Source: Centroscyllium fabricii
Taxonomy: Eukaryota
Direction: 5' to 3'
Assembly: GCA_051313645.2 (NCBI GenBank)
Contig: JBNRSN020000133.1
Span: 992,001-1,056,000, forward strand
Length of the DNA stretch: 64,000 nucleotides
The translations under genes were made by a program, and so were the position numbers. Position 1 is the stretch's first letter; every line of letters begins with the position of its first letter. The notes under the pieces were generated by a model that was not told where the DNA came from, made no database searches, and saw only the letters and a program-made list of their open reading frames with translations. Of this stretch, positions 27,000 to 38,849 are shown piece after piece.

Positions 27000-28662
27000 T
27001 GCCCATAACCCGGCACTGTGACAGTGGTGATAAATTCAGCGACATTACTATGCTCATAACCAGGCCCTCTGACAGTGGAGATAACCTCGGTGACACTAAT
27101 TTGCACATCACTCGGCTCTGTGACAGTGGAGATATCCTTAATGACCCTACGTTGCAAATAACCCGACCCTCTGAGAGTGGAGATTACCTCGGTGACCCTA
27201 CTTTGCTCAGAACCCGACCCTCTGGCAGTGGAGATAACCTTCGTGACCCTACTTTGCACATCACTCTGCCCTGTGACAGTGGAGATATCATCGGTGACCC
27301 TACTTTGCTCATAACCCGGCCCTGTGACAGTGGAGATAACATCGGTGATCGTACTTTGCACATAACCCGGCCCTTTGACAGTGGAGATATCATCGGTGAC
27401 CCTACTTTGCACATCACTCGGCCCTGTGACAGTGGAGATAACCTCGGTGATCGTACTTTGCACATCACTCGGCCCTGTGACAGTGGTGATAACCTCGGTG
27501 ACCCTACTTTGCACATCACTCGGCCCTGTGACAGTGGAGATATCATCGGTGACACGACTTTGCTCATAACCCGGCCCTGTGACAGTCGAGATAACCTCGG
27601 TGATCGTACCTTGCACATAACCCGGCCCTGTGACAGTGGCGATATCATCGGTGACCCTACTTTGCACATCACTCGGCCCTGTGACAGTGGAGATATCCTC
27701 GGTGATCGTACTTTGCACATCACTCGGCCCTGCGACAGTGGGGATAACCTCGGTGACCCTACTTTCCACATCAATCGGCCCTGTGTCAGTGGAGATATCA
27801 TCGGTGACCCTACTTTGCTCATAACCGTCTCATCGAAACCTATACAATTCTAACTGGTCTGGACAAATTTAATGCAGCAAGAATGTTCCCGATGATCGGA
27901 TTATCCAGAACCAGGGGCTACAGCCTAAGGATAAAGGATAACTCATTTTGGACAGAGATGAGGAGGGATTTCTTCACCCAGAAGTGGTGAACCTGTGGAA
28001 TTCTCTACCACAGAGGGCGGTGGAGGCCAGTTCATTGAATATATTCAAGAATGTGCTGGATGTATTTCTTAAGGCTATAGGGATCAAGGGATATGGGCAG
28101 AAGGCAGGGACAGGGTACTGAGTTTGGATGACCAGCCATTATCTCATTGAATAGCGGAGCAGGCTCGAGGGGCCGAATGACCTACTCCTGCTCATATCTT
28201 CTATGTTTCTATGCCCTCTGACAGTGGGGATAACCTCGCTGACACTACTTTGCTCATAACCCGTCCCTCTGACAGTGGAGATAACCTCGGTTACCCAAAT
28301 GTGCTTATATCCCGACCGTCTGACAGTGGAGATAACCTCGGTGACCCTACGTTGCACATAACCCGACCCTGTGACAGTGGGGATAAATTCGGTGAACCAG
28401 CTTTGCACATAACCCGAACCTCTGACAGTGGAGAAAACCTCGGTGACACTAATTTGCACATAACCCGGCCCTCTGACAGTGCAGATTACCTCGGTGACCC
28501 TAATTTGCTCATTACCCGGCCCTCTGACAGTGGAGATAACCACGGTGAACCTACTTTCCTCATAACCCGACACTCTGACAGTGGGGATAACCTCGGTGAC
28601 ACTAATTTGCTCATAACCCGGCCCAATGACAGTGGGGATAACCTCGGTGACCCTACTTTGCA
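27000..28662. repeat. 51-bp minisatellite, split by a CR1 3' fragment
   Basis: Unit GTGACAGTGGAGATAACCTCGGTGACCCTACTTTGCACATAACCCGGCCCT; gives 17-aa repeat ORFs on both strands. Confidence 0.93.
27827..28212 (+). mobile_element. CR1 3' end inserted within one 51-bp unit
   Basis: CR1 C-terminal motifs and TTCTATGTTTCTAT tail; flanks CTCATAACCG | GCCCTCTGACAGTGG rejoin as one monomer. Confidence 0.88.
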
Positions 28663-28933
28663 CAGCCTCGTGTGCCTGGAGCTTTCTTCAGCGCCACAAT
28701 GACTGATCTAAAATCTGTATCCAAGCCGTGGCCTGAGCCACTGTGCTTCCTCAACATGACCGTCGTTGAACCGAGCCTTATTCTGATGGTAATCTTGCTC
28801 AATGTTGAGTTTTCTTCTTAAATATGGCTCAGTTCACTACTATTTTTCTAGGGGGCATTGCACACCTTTGAACCTGACTGGGAAGAGCTGTTGGGTAATT
28901 GAGAGGAAAATTGGGAGGGATAATCACATGCTG

Positions 28934-29183
28934 CTAATCTAAGTAGGAAGGAAATGGGACCGGCTGCTCTACTAATGTACGATTCATTACTCCTGAATTC
29001 CGTCTCTCCACTGGCGATTCTTTAAGCCCCGACACTGAATACACAGTTCTACCTCCCATTTGCTCGGGTTCAGAACACGGTGACTCCATAAGGTGCGTCA
29101 TACACAAGGTCCGCACATCCAGCAAGACCTGTTGTCATGACGGTTGGTGAAGAGTAATCACTGGGTCGCTGCTGAGGATGGAT
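28934..29183 (-). pseudogene. Decayed Ig heavy-chain constant (C1-set) exon, IgM CH3-like (IgW not excluded)
   Basis: Minus-strand translation across frameshifts: SSDPVITLHQPS*QQVLLD / LVYDAPYGVTVF*TR / SVSGLKESPVERRNSGVMNRTLVEQP. This resembles shark Cmu3 as recalled (DPVIKLLPPSIEQVLLE...NAPYGVNVSWTQ...W.SG..F.CVV.H). Preceded by a polypyrimidine tract with mutated AG (TTTCACTCCTGTTTCACAA). Confidence 0.7.
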
Positions 29184-29529
29184 TTGTGAAACAGGAGTGA
29201 AAGTCAAACAAAGATTAATCTTCAGAATCCGCACACCAGTGTTCAGCAATTACTGTCTCAAGGAGAAATTCATCCAGACTCGCGTCGTCTTTGGCTGGTT
29301 CTCTCTACACAGATGCGGCTGGACCTGCTGTGATTTCCAGCAAAACACGTTTATTTAATTTCATTTTATTGTTTATTGCTTTATTGTTTTTTTGTTTTTC
29401 ATACAGCATGTGCAACATTTGACCTCTTGTGACCCCACCTTATTGTTCTTTGATGGAATGATTTGCTGACTGACCTGTTTGGACACCATTTACACCTTTG
29501 ATTGCAGTGATTATTCTCTGCCGAGGTGT

Positions 29530-30240
29530 GATAAAGGGCAGTTAGAAAAATTACCTGTAATCATCTAGCATTGTTCTCTGACTATATATGCTGTGCCTAT
29601 ATGCATCTCATCACTTCACCTGACGAAGGAGCAGCGCTCCAAAAGCTTGTGATTTCAAATAAAACTGTTGGACTATAACTTTTGGTCTCCTAACTTGGGG
29701 AAGGACATTCTTGCTATTGAGGGAGTGCAGCGAAGGTTTACTAGATTGATTCCCGGGATGGCCAGACTGACATATCAAGAAAGACTGGAGCAACTGAACA
29801 TGTACTCTCTGGAGTTCAGAAGAATGAGGGGGTATCTCATAGAAACGTTTAAAATACTGACGGGTTTAGACAGGTTAGATGCGGGCAGCATGTTCCCAAG
29901 GTTGTGGAAGTCCAGAACTAGGGGGCACAGACTAAGGATAAGGGGTAAGCCATTTAGGACCGAGAAGAGAAGAAACTTCTTCACCCAGAGAGTGGTGAAC
30001 CTGTGGAATTCTCTAACACAGAAAGCTGTTGAGGCCAGTTCACTAAATATATTCAAAAGGGAGTTAGATGTAATACTTACAACTAGGGGGATCCAGGGAT
30101 ATGGCGAGAAAGCAGGAATGGGGTAGTGATGTAGCATGTTCAGCCTTGAACGTGTTGAATGGCGGTGCAGGCTCGAAGGACCGATGGTCTACTCCTGCAC
30201 CTATTTTCTATGTATAACCTGGTGTTGTGTGACTTCTTAC
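29530..30240 (+). mobile_element. Penelope-like element 3' end, interrupted by a CR1 fragment (29680-30212)
   Basis: CACCTGACGAAGGAGCAGCGCTCC.AAAGCTTGTGATTTCAAATAAAACTGTTGGACTATAAC ... TATAACCTGGTGTTGTGTGACTTCT; TATAAC duplicated at 29674 and 30213. Confidence 0.8.
29680..30212 (+). mobile_element. CR1 LINE 3' fragment with 6-bp target duplication
   Basis: ORF 29668-30126 has VQRRFTRLIPG...FFTQRVVNLWNSL; flanked by TATAAC repeats. Confidence 0.88.
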
Positions 30241-30439
30241 ATTCAAGGAGGTTCAATCACATTTGTGACGTCACTCTGTCGCTGTTGCTTAAACACCATC
30301 GTTATTGGATGAAGAATGAATTGGCAACGAATCAGGCAGATTCTTTTAACATTTTCAGTGTATTTGCATGCAAGTCCTCCTTTAATTGGTTCTGAAGCAA
30401 AAAAACACGCAACAATATGAATAAATTCGGGCGCCCCTT

Positions 30440-33400
30440 GTTTCACCCACTCAATACGGGAGGACTTTAGCATTGTGGTAATGTCACTGGGCTAATAATT
30501 CAGATACCTGGGCTAATGATTGTGGAAGCTAAGAGTTCAAATCTCATCATGGCAGCTGGGTATTTAAATTCAGTAAATTAATAAATCAGGAAAGATACTA
30601 GTATCAAAAGTCGTAATCATGGAACTATCAAATTGTGGTAAAGACATATCTGGTTCACTAATGTCCTTTATGGAAGGGAGACTGTCGAGATGTGTCTCAA
30701 GCCCCACAGCAATCTGGGTGACTCTCAACTGGCCTTTGACCTCTGAAATGGCCGAGAAGTTCACTCAGTTATAATAAACCTCTACGAAACAAAATAATAA
30801 GCAAAAGACCCGACAGTCCACCCGGCCTCATCCTGGTATGTCCTGGCTACAACAAGCCCAGTCGACCCTGCAAAATTCTCTTCACCAACATCTCGGTGCG
30901 TGTACCAAAATTGGGAGACTTGTCCCAAAAACTAGTCAAGCAACATACTCACAGAATCATACCTTTCAGCCAATATCCCAAACACCTCCAGCACCACCCC
31001 TGGGTTTGTCCTGTCATTACTCGCCGGCAGGATAGACCCATCAGTCATGGTTGCACAGTGATATACAGTCGTGAAGTAATGGCCCCGGTAGTCCTCAACA
31101 TTGACACCGGACACCATGAAGTCTCATGGCTTCAGGTCAAGCATGGAAAATGAAATCTCCTGCTGATTACCACCCACCTTATCTGGTGAATCAGTATTCC
31201 TCCATGTTGAACAACACTTCGTAGAAGCACTGAGAGTAGCAAGGGCCCACAATATACTCTGGGTGGGTGACTTCAATGTCCATCATCAAGAGTGGTTCGG
31301 TAGCACCAATACTGGCCGAGTCCTTAAGGACATAGCTGCCAGTCTGGGCCTGCGACAGCTGGTGAGAGAAAAACGTACTTGACCTCGTCCTCACTGATCT
31401 ACATGTCTCCGATATCAAGAAACGGCAGAGCGCACTGAATACATCAAAGGCTATGGGACCAGACAGCATCCCAGCTATAGTGCTCCAGAACTAGCCCTGC
31501 ATCTAGCCAAGCTTTGCCAGTACAGCAACAACACTGGCATCTCTCTGACAATGTGGAAAACTGCCCAGGTATGTCCTGTCCACAAAAGGCTGGACCAATC
31601 AAACCCAGCCAGTTACTGCCGCATTATTTTATTCTCAATCATCAGCAAGGTGATGGAAGTTGTAATCGACAGTGCTATCAAGCGGCACCTGCTCGCCGAT
31701 GCCAAGTTTGGAATCCGCCAAAGACCACTCGGCTCCCGACCTCAGTACAGCCTTAGTCCGAACATGGACAACGGAGCTAGATTCCAGAGGTGTGCGTTAC
31801 AACCCTTCAAATCAATGTAGCATTCGACCAAGTGTGGCATCAAGGAGCCCGAGTAAAACTGAAGTCAATGGAAATCGGGGGGAGTCATGCCTAGCACAAA
31901 GGAAGATGGTTGTGTTGGTTAAATATAAACCAGCACAGCCCCAGGATGTCGCTGCAGGAGTTCCACAGGACAATGTCCTTGAATCATCTTCAGCTGCTTC
32001 ATCAATGACATTCCCTCCAATATAGGGTCAGAAATGGGGATGTTTGCTGATGACTGCATGGTGCTCAGCGCCATTCACATCTTCTCAAATAAGGCAGCAG
32101 ACCATAACCGCATGCAAAAAGACCTGGACGACGTTCAGGCTTGGGCTGCTAAGTGGCAGGTAACATTAATGCCACAGAAGTGCCAGGCAATGACTATCTC
32201 CAACAAGCGAGTGTCTAACCACCTCCCCTTGACATTCAATGGCACTACGGTCGCTGAATCCCCAACATTAAACATCATGGGGTTGACAATTGATCAGAAA
32301 CTGAACTGAACCAGCCAGCTAAATATTGACTTCAGGACCTCTCTCACGTCAAGGGATGTGCCTGAGGACTGGAGAACGGCTAATGTAGTACCCTTGTTTA
32401 AAAAGGGTAGTAGGGACAAACCAGGCAACTACAGGCCAATCAGTCTTACATCTGTAGTGGGGAAAGTAATGGAAAAAATTCTGAGGGAAAAAATCAGTTC
32501 GCATTTGGACAACCAAGGTCTAATAAGAGACAGTCAGCATGGCTTCGTCAAAGGTAAGTCGTGCCTGACCAATCTGTTGGAATTCTTTGAGGAAGTAACA
32601 AAGCGGGTGGATGAAGGGAGTACTGTGGACGTAGTGTATATGGACTTTAGCAAAGCTTTTGATAAAGTCCCACATAGGAGACTAATAACAAAGGTTAGAG
32701 CGCACGGGATACAGGGTAACTTGGCACAGTGGATCGAAAATTGGCTGGGGGATAGGAGACAAAGGGTAATGGTAGAGGGCTGCTTCTGTGACTGGAAACC
32801 AGTAACCAGTGGCGTCCCCCAAGGATCGGTTTTGGGACCCTTACTGTTTCTAGTATACATCAACGATTTGGATATGGGAGTAGGGGGTACGATCAGCAAA
32901 TTCGCTGATGATACGAAAATCGGAAGGGTGGTAAACAACGATGAGGATAGTAAGGGGCTTCAGGAGGATATAGATATAATGGTTAATTGGGCAGAAATAT
33001 GGCAAATGGAGTTCAACCCAGAGAAATGCGAGGTCATTCAATTCGGTAGACCAAATGGGGTAAGGGAATATACCATGAACAACAAAACGTTAAATAGGAC
33101 CGAGGAGCAGAGGGACCTGGGGGTACAGGTGCACAGCTCCCTGAAGGTTGCTGGACACGTTAACAAGGTGGTTAAGAAGGCATACGGAATTCTCGCCTTT
33201 ATTAACCAGGGCATAGTATACAAAAGTAGGGAGGTAATGTTAAACCTGTATAACACACTGGTGAGACCTCAGCTGGAGTACTGTGTGCAGTTCTGGTCAC
33301 CGCACTACAGGAAGGATGTGGCTGCCCTGGAGAGGGTGCAGAGAAGGTTTACCAGGATGATACCTGGTCTGGCGGACCTATGCTACGAGGAAAGGCTGGA

Positions 33401-34430
33401 CAGGCTGGGGTTGTTTGCCTTGGAAAAAAGAAGGTGGAGGGGTGACATGATTGAGGTGTACAAGATCATGAGGGGACACGATAGGGCAGACAAAGGGGCA
33501 TTGTTTCCCCTGGTGGGAGAGTCAAGCACTAGGGGACATAGATTCAAGATCAGGGGGGGGAGGTTTAGGGGGGAGGTAAGGAGAAATTTCTTTACCCAGA
33601 GGGTGGTGGAAGACTGGAACTCCCTGCCTGTGAGGGTGGTGGAGGCAGGAACCATCACAACATTTAAAAAATACTTGGACCAGCACATGAAGGACCATAA
33701 CATACAGGGTTATGGGCCAGGTGCGGGCAACTGGGGTTAGAACAGTGTGGAGTTGTTCTGGGCCGGTGCGGACTGGATGGGCCGAATGGCCCTTATCCGC
33801 ACTGTAAAATTTCTATGATTCTATGATTCTATGAATGACAACAAGAGCTGGGCATTCTGCCGCGACTATCTCAGCTCCCGACTCACCAGACTTCCCATCA
33901 TCTACAAGGAACGAGTTAGGAGTGTGATGGAATACTCTCCATTTGCTTGAATGAGTGCAGCTCCAACAACACTCAAGAAGTTCGACAACATCCAGGACAA
34001 AGTAACTCGCTTGATTGGCACCCCATCCACCAACTTTAACATTCACTCCCTCCACACTGACACACCGTGGCTGCAGTGTGTACCATCTACAAGATGCACT
34101 GCACAAACTCGGTAAGGCTTCTTCGGCAGCACCTCCCAAACCCGCAAACCTTTCAACCTAGAAGGACAAGGGCAGCAGGCACATGGGAACACCACCACCT
34201 CCAAGTTCCCCTCCACATCACGCATCATCCTGACTTGGCAATATATCTCTGATACTTCATTGTCGCTGGGTCAAAATCCTGGAACTTCCAACCTAACAGC
34301 ACTCTGGGAGTACCTTCACCACACGGACTGCAGCGGTTCAAGGAGGGAGCTCGCCACCACCTTCTCAAGGGCATTTATGGATGGATATTAAATCCTGGTG
34401 CCAGCGACGCTCACATCCCAGAAACGAATA
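30440..34430 (+). mobile_element. Long degenerate non-LTR family B element, split by a young CR1 at ~32330-33835
   Basis: Endonuclease-like GDFNVHH remnant (~31270), WKTAQVCPVHK, MFADDC, LTIDQKLN; resumes at ~33836 with ACAAGAGCTGGGCATTCTGC and the family B tail at ~34360. Confidence 0.8.
32330..33835 (+). mobile_element. Young 5'-truncated CR1 (HER1-like) with uninterrupted 460-aa RT ORF (32358-33740)
   Basis: Complete RT motifs without stops (NYRPISLTS, GKSCLTNL, DFSKAFDKV, GVPQGSVLGP, KFADD); tail GGGCCGAATGGCCC...(TTCTATGA)3. Confidence 0.95.
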
Positions 34431-34494
34431 AGGTATGTAAAAATATTCATGAAACATTGAAGACAATGGAACATGCCAGACTAGATTTGGTGAT

Positions 34495-35040
34495 ATGAAC
34501 ATAGGAACAGCACTAAAGCATTTAGCTCCTCGCGCCTCTCCCGCCATTCAATGAGATCATGGCTGCTCTGTGACTTCACACAGACTTTTGGCTCACATCC
34601 CCGAACACCTTTGTTTAACAAAAATCTTTCAATATCAGATTTAAAAATAACGATTGATCGAGCATCAACAGTCATTTACAGAATGATTTACAAACCTCTA
34701 GCAGCCTTTGTGTGTAGAAGAATTCCGAACTTCGCTACTGAAAGGTCTGGGTCTAACCTTTAGGCTGTATGCCCTGGTCCTGGACTCCCCAACTAGCAGA
34801 AACGGTTTCTCTCTATCTACCCTATCTGTTCCCCATAATATCTATAAAACTTCGCTCAAATTACTCCTCAGCCTTCTAAATTCCAAGGAATACGACCTGC
34901 GTTTGTACAATCTCCTCTCGCAATTTAAACATTTGGAGTCCGGGTATAATTCTGTTACATTTACGCCACCCTCCCTCTAAGATCAATATCCCCTTTCCCA
35001 AAGTGTAGTGCTCAGAATTGCTCAGCCTGCTCCAGATATG
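34495..35040 (-). mobile_element. Old CR1 3' fragment
   Basis: Degenerate CR1 tail (CCGCCATTCAATGAGATCATGGCTG) and C-terminal remnants. Confidence 0.7.
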
Positions 35041-35046
35041 CTCTGA

Positions 35047-35600
35047 CGGTTATATTTTAAATCACAAGCTTTCGGAGCGCTGCTCCTTCCTCAGGTGGAC
35101 AGACAGAAGAGACTGATTAAAAGATCACACATATCGGAGGAAGGGAGAAATCCGACCTCTTCCAGAGACTGAGAGCACACAAAGGCACATTAACATATTT
35201 TAACACCTCAGTCTGCGAGCAATGAGGCCCAGTCGTAAGGGGGGTCGAATGCTGCAAAATACACAGAATGATTTTTAAAAAGGAATTTCCTTAAAAGACA
35301 AAGATGCCCCTCAAAGCAGTCCCAGATTTTCCAACATATCAAAAGGGTGCAGTCACAGGGTCAAATGTTAGTCTGCTGTAAGTCCCACAGAATAATTTTT
35401 TTAAAAACCATGATTTTTCTTACTTAAAATCGCAGAACAAGCCGAAGATGGTTTGAGTCTGGATGACTCTACGTCAGGCGGGGTCACATGTAGCGTGACA
35501 TAAACCCAATATCACGGTTGAGGCCGTGCTCATGGGTGCGGAACTTGGCAATCAGCCTCTGCTCGACGATTTTGCGTTGTCGTGCATCTCGAAGGCCACG
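35047..35600 (-). mobile_element. Penelope-like element 3' fragment (GIY-YIG C-terminus plus terminal repeat)
   Basis: QRKIVEQRLIAKFRTHEHGLNRDIGFMSRY ends at 35484, followed by the same terminal sequence seen at 29600 and 45860-46280. Confidence 0.8.
35062..35097 (-). ncRNA. Minimal type I hammerhead ribozyme motif (Penelope-associated)
   Basis: Minus strand CAC CTGAGGA A GGAGC-AGC-GCTCC GAAA GCTT GTG: CUGANGA and GAAA core, 5-bp stem II, palindromic AAGCTT stem III, CAC/GTG stem I. Confidence 0.7.
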
Positions 35601-35757
35601 TTGACTATCTCTTATCAAACCCTGCTTTTCCAAATGCAAACTGATTTTGTCCCTCAGAATTTTTTCCATTACTTTCCCCACTACAGATGTAAGACTGATT
35701 GGCCTATAGTTACCCGGTTTGTCCCAACTACCCTTTTTAAACAGGGGTACTACATAA
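35600..35757 (-). mobile_element. Short internal CR1 RT fragment
   Basis: Reverse complement closely matches 32380-32545 (NVVPLFKKGS.DKPGNYRPISLTSVVGKVMEKILR). Confidence 0.8.
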
Positions 35758-36039
35758 CTTCGTATGTGTGTACGGTTTGTATCCTACAATGTATTCGAAG
35801 TGAAACGTGATTGATTATTTGCAACAATGAACTCAGTGAAGCCAATAAAAAAATATTCAGAGGAAAAAAGAGCAAGTGGACCATCTTGGAAATGGAATGG
35901 ACTTCAGCGTCATCGACCTTCAAAGTTCGTAAGATAGCCCAGGCCTGATGCTGCTGAGGATAGTGTCAAGATCTCAGGCTTCAGGAGAAAGGGGAATGAC
36001 CATTGCTGAATTCTGCGCTGAGTTTAATAAGAAAAAAAA

Positions 36040-36325
36040 GAAATGCTTGCATTTCTGCAACATCTTTCATGAACTCAGGACGTCCCAAAGCGCTTTACAG
36101 AAATGAAGTACTTTGGAAATGTAGTCTCTGTTGTAATGTTAGAAACGGCTGGACAATTTGTGTACAGCAAGCTCCCAATACAGCAATGTCAGAATCACCA
36201 GATAATCTGTACATAAATGTTGATTGAATGATAAATAGTGGCCAATGTAATTCTCCTCTCCAAATAGTGCCATGGGATGTGTTACATCTACCTGAGAGAG
36301 CAGACACCTCATCCGAAAACCTCAC
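36040..36325 (-). mobile_element. DeuSINE (SacSINE1-like) fragment
   Basis: CAGGACGTCCCAAAGCGCTTTACAG.AATGAAGTACTTT...CAAGCTCCCA is the reverse complement of the Deu-domain 3' half seen at 51040-51180. Confidence 0.75.
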
Positions 36326-36334
36326 CAATCAGTG

Positions 36335-38003
36335 CAGGAGGCAACGAGAAAATGGCTAATGTAACACCTATATTTAAAAAGGGAAGAAGACAGAAGGCTG
36401 GTAACTAAAGACAGGTTAGTCTAACATCTGTGGTGTGTAAAATGTTGGAGACCATTATTAAAGAAACACTGACGGGGCATTTGGATAAACATAACTTAAT
36501 CGGACAGAGTCAGCATGGTTTTACGAAGGGGAAGTCATGTTTGACTAATTTGCTCGAATTCTTTGAGGAAGTAACATCTCGGGTGGATAAAGGGGAACTG
36601 GTGGATGTGGTATACTTGGACTTCCAAAAGGCTTTTGACAAAGAGCCGCATAAGAGACTATTGCTTAAGATAAAAAATCACGGGATTGGGGGTAATATAT
36701 TAGCATGGGTAGAAGATTGGCTTTCAAACAGGAAGCAGAGAGTTGGGATACATGGGTCATACTCGGGATGGCAATCGGTGACTAGTGGTGTTCCGCAGGG
36801 GTCGGTACTGGGACCCCAGCTGCTTACAATCTATATATAAATGATTTGGAGGAGGGGACCAGGTGTAATATATCAAAGTTCGAGGATGACACAAAAATGG
36901 GAGGAAAAGCAGGGAGTGAGGAGGACAGAAAAAGCCTGCAAAAGGATATAGATAAGCTAGGTGAGTGGGCAGCGATTTGGCAGATGAAATTTAATACTGG
37001 TAAATGTGAAGTTATACATTTTGGGAAAAAAAATCATAGAGCAAGTTATTTTCTAAATGGGGAGGAGCTGCGTGGTAATACAACGCAAAGGGACCTGGGG
37101 GTACTAGTGCATGAATCACAAAAAGTTAGTATGCAGGTGCAGCAAGTGATTAGGAAGGCCAATGGAGTCTTAGCCTTTATTGCTAGGGAGATAGAGTATC
37201 AAAGTAGGGAGGTTTTGCTGCAGCTGTATACAGTATTGATGAGACCGCATTTGGAATACTGTGTGCAGTTTTAGTGTCCATAATTAAGAAAGGATGTACT
37301 TGCTCTGGAGGCAGTGCAGAGAAGGTTTACACGGTTAATTCCAGGGATGTGGGGGTTGACATATGAGGAAAGGTTAAGTATGTTGGGACTTTACTCATTA
37401 GAGTTCAGAAGAATGAGAGGCGTTCTTATTGAAACGTATAAGATCGTGAGGGGTCTTGATCGGGTGGATGCGCTAAAGCTGTTTCCAATGACCGGGGAGA
37501 CCAGAACTAGGGGGTATAGTCTTAGAATAGGAGGGGGCTCTTTTAAAACTGAGATGAGGAGAAACTTCTTCACTCAGAGGGTGGTTAATCTATGGAATTC
37601 GCTGCCTCAGGGAGCTGTGGAAGCGGGAACATTAAATACATTTAAAACGGAAATAGACTGTTTTTTAGCAGACAAGGGAATTAGTGGTTACGGGGAGCGG
37701 GCAGGGAAGTGGAACTGAGCTATTGTTAGTATAGTAAGACTTGAGTGATCTCCTGGACAAGTTTCGATCGCCTAGATTGGGGTCGGAGAGTAATTTCCCG
37801 GATTTTTTTCCAAAATGGTCCTGGGTTTTTATCCGGTTTTTCGCCTCTCCCAGGAGATCACATGTTTTTTTTGGGTGGGATGAAGGGTGATAGTGGGAAG
37901 AAGGTTAGGGTAGGATCAGCCATGATCTTATTGAATGGCGGAGCGGGCTCGAGGTGCCGGTTGGCCTACTACTGCTCCTATTTCTTATGTTCTTATGTTC
38001 TAT
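36335..38003 (+). mobile_element. CR1 LINE 3' fragment
   Basis: Three ORF pieces 36430-37718 cover RT to the C-terminus; (TTCTTATG)n tail. Confidence 0.9.
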
Positions 38004-38849
38004 GAAGCAGCCTCCAGGATAAAAAGTCCACATTATTTGAGAGCAACATTGTTCACAGAAGGTACATTTATTTCTTCAAATCAGAGCCTCACTTTACACG
38101 ACTTTCGACGCACCAAGCATCAATACAATCATTTTCGAGGAGAATTAATCCAGCTTGACAATCTGATCCACCTTGTGGACACAATTAACATCAACTCCCC
38201 CTCTCCTTTTGAGATCATTTTAAATAACTTGATGAGTATTTTCCATGTTAAAGATTAATTTGAAGTCCCACACAGTTAAGGTTGGTAGTTGTACAATCGC
38301 ATGTGCAGGGGTATGAAGTGTTTGGGGTTTGTACTAGCTGTGAGTGTGCCAGTGCAGTGATGAGGGGCAGTGGGCAGAGTGCACAATAGATGGGAATGTG
38401 TTTGCAACATGTCAGATTGAAAATGCACTAAATGAGTGCTCCAATCGTCAGCGCCAGGTACAGTTTAACTGCAGTCCAATGAAGAGGGACAGGTTAAAAT
38501 TCCAAGGTTGTAAATGTGGAACTCCTACCGGCATTAATCTAAGGTTACAACGTATCTGCCCGGGGAATGGAGCACATTGAATGTCCCTCTGACCCTGGAC
38601 TTTGAGCAAGGTGCAAGTGACTGTGTCTCTCACTCAGCCAGCTGTACATCACCCCAAGAAAGAGACCTGACACTGCTACCTGTCCCAAAGGTTGTAGTCA
38701 CTGACAAACCACCTCGTTTTACTTCCTGAAAGTTATTTGAGAACCTCAAACTATATGTAGCACGGGGCACACCCGATCTCTGGTTTTGCGGCTTCCACCT
38801 ACACAACAGATGGTTAATAATTTATGATTTGGATATGAATGTAAAATTA

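Noticed and set aside
27000-28662. CACTGTC/GACAGTG in the 51-bp unit as RSS
   Set aside because: No nonamer at 12 or 23 nt.
32358-33740. Host or novel reverse transcriptase gene
   Set aside because: Ordinary 5'-truncated CR1 ORF2 with a typical tail, lacking the endonuclease domain and promoter.
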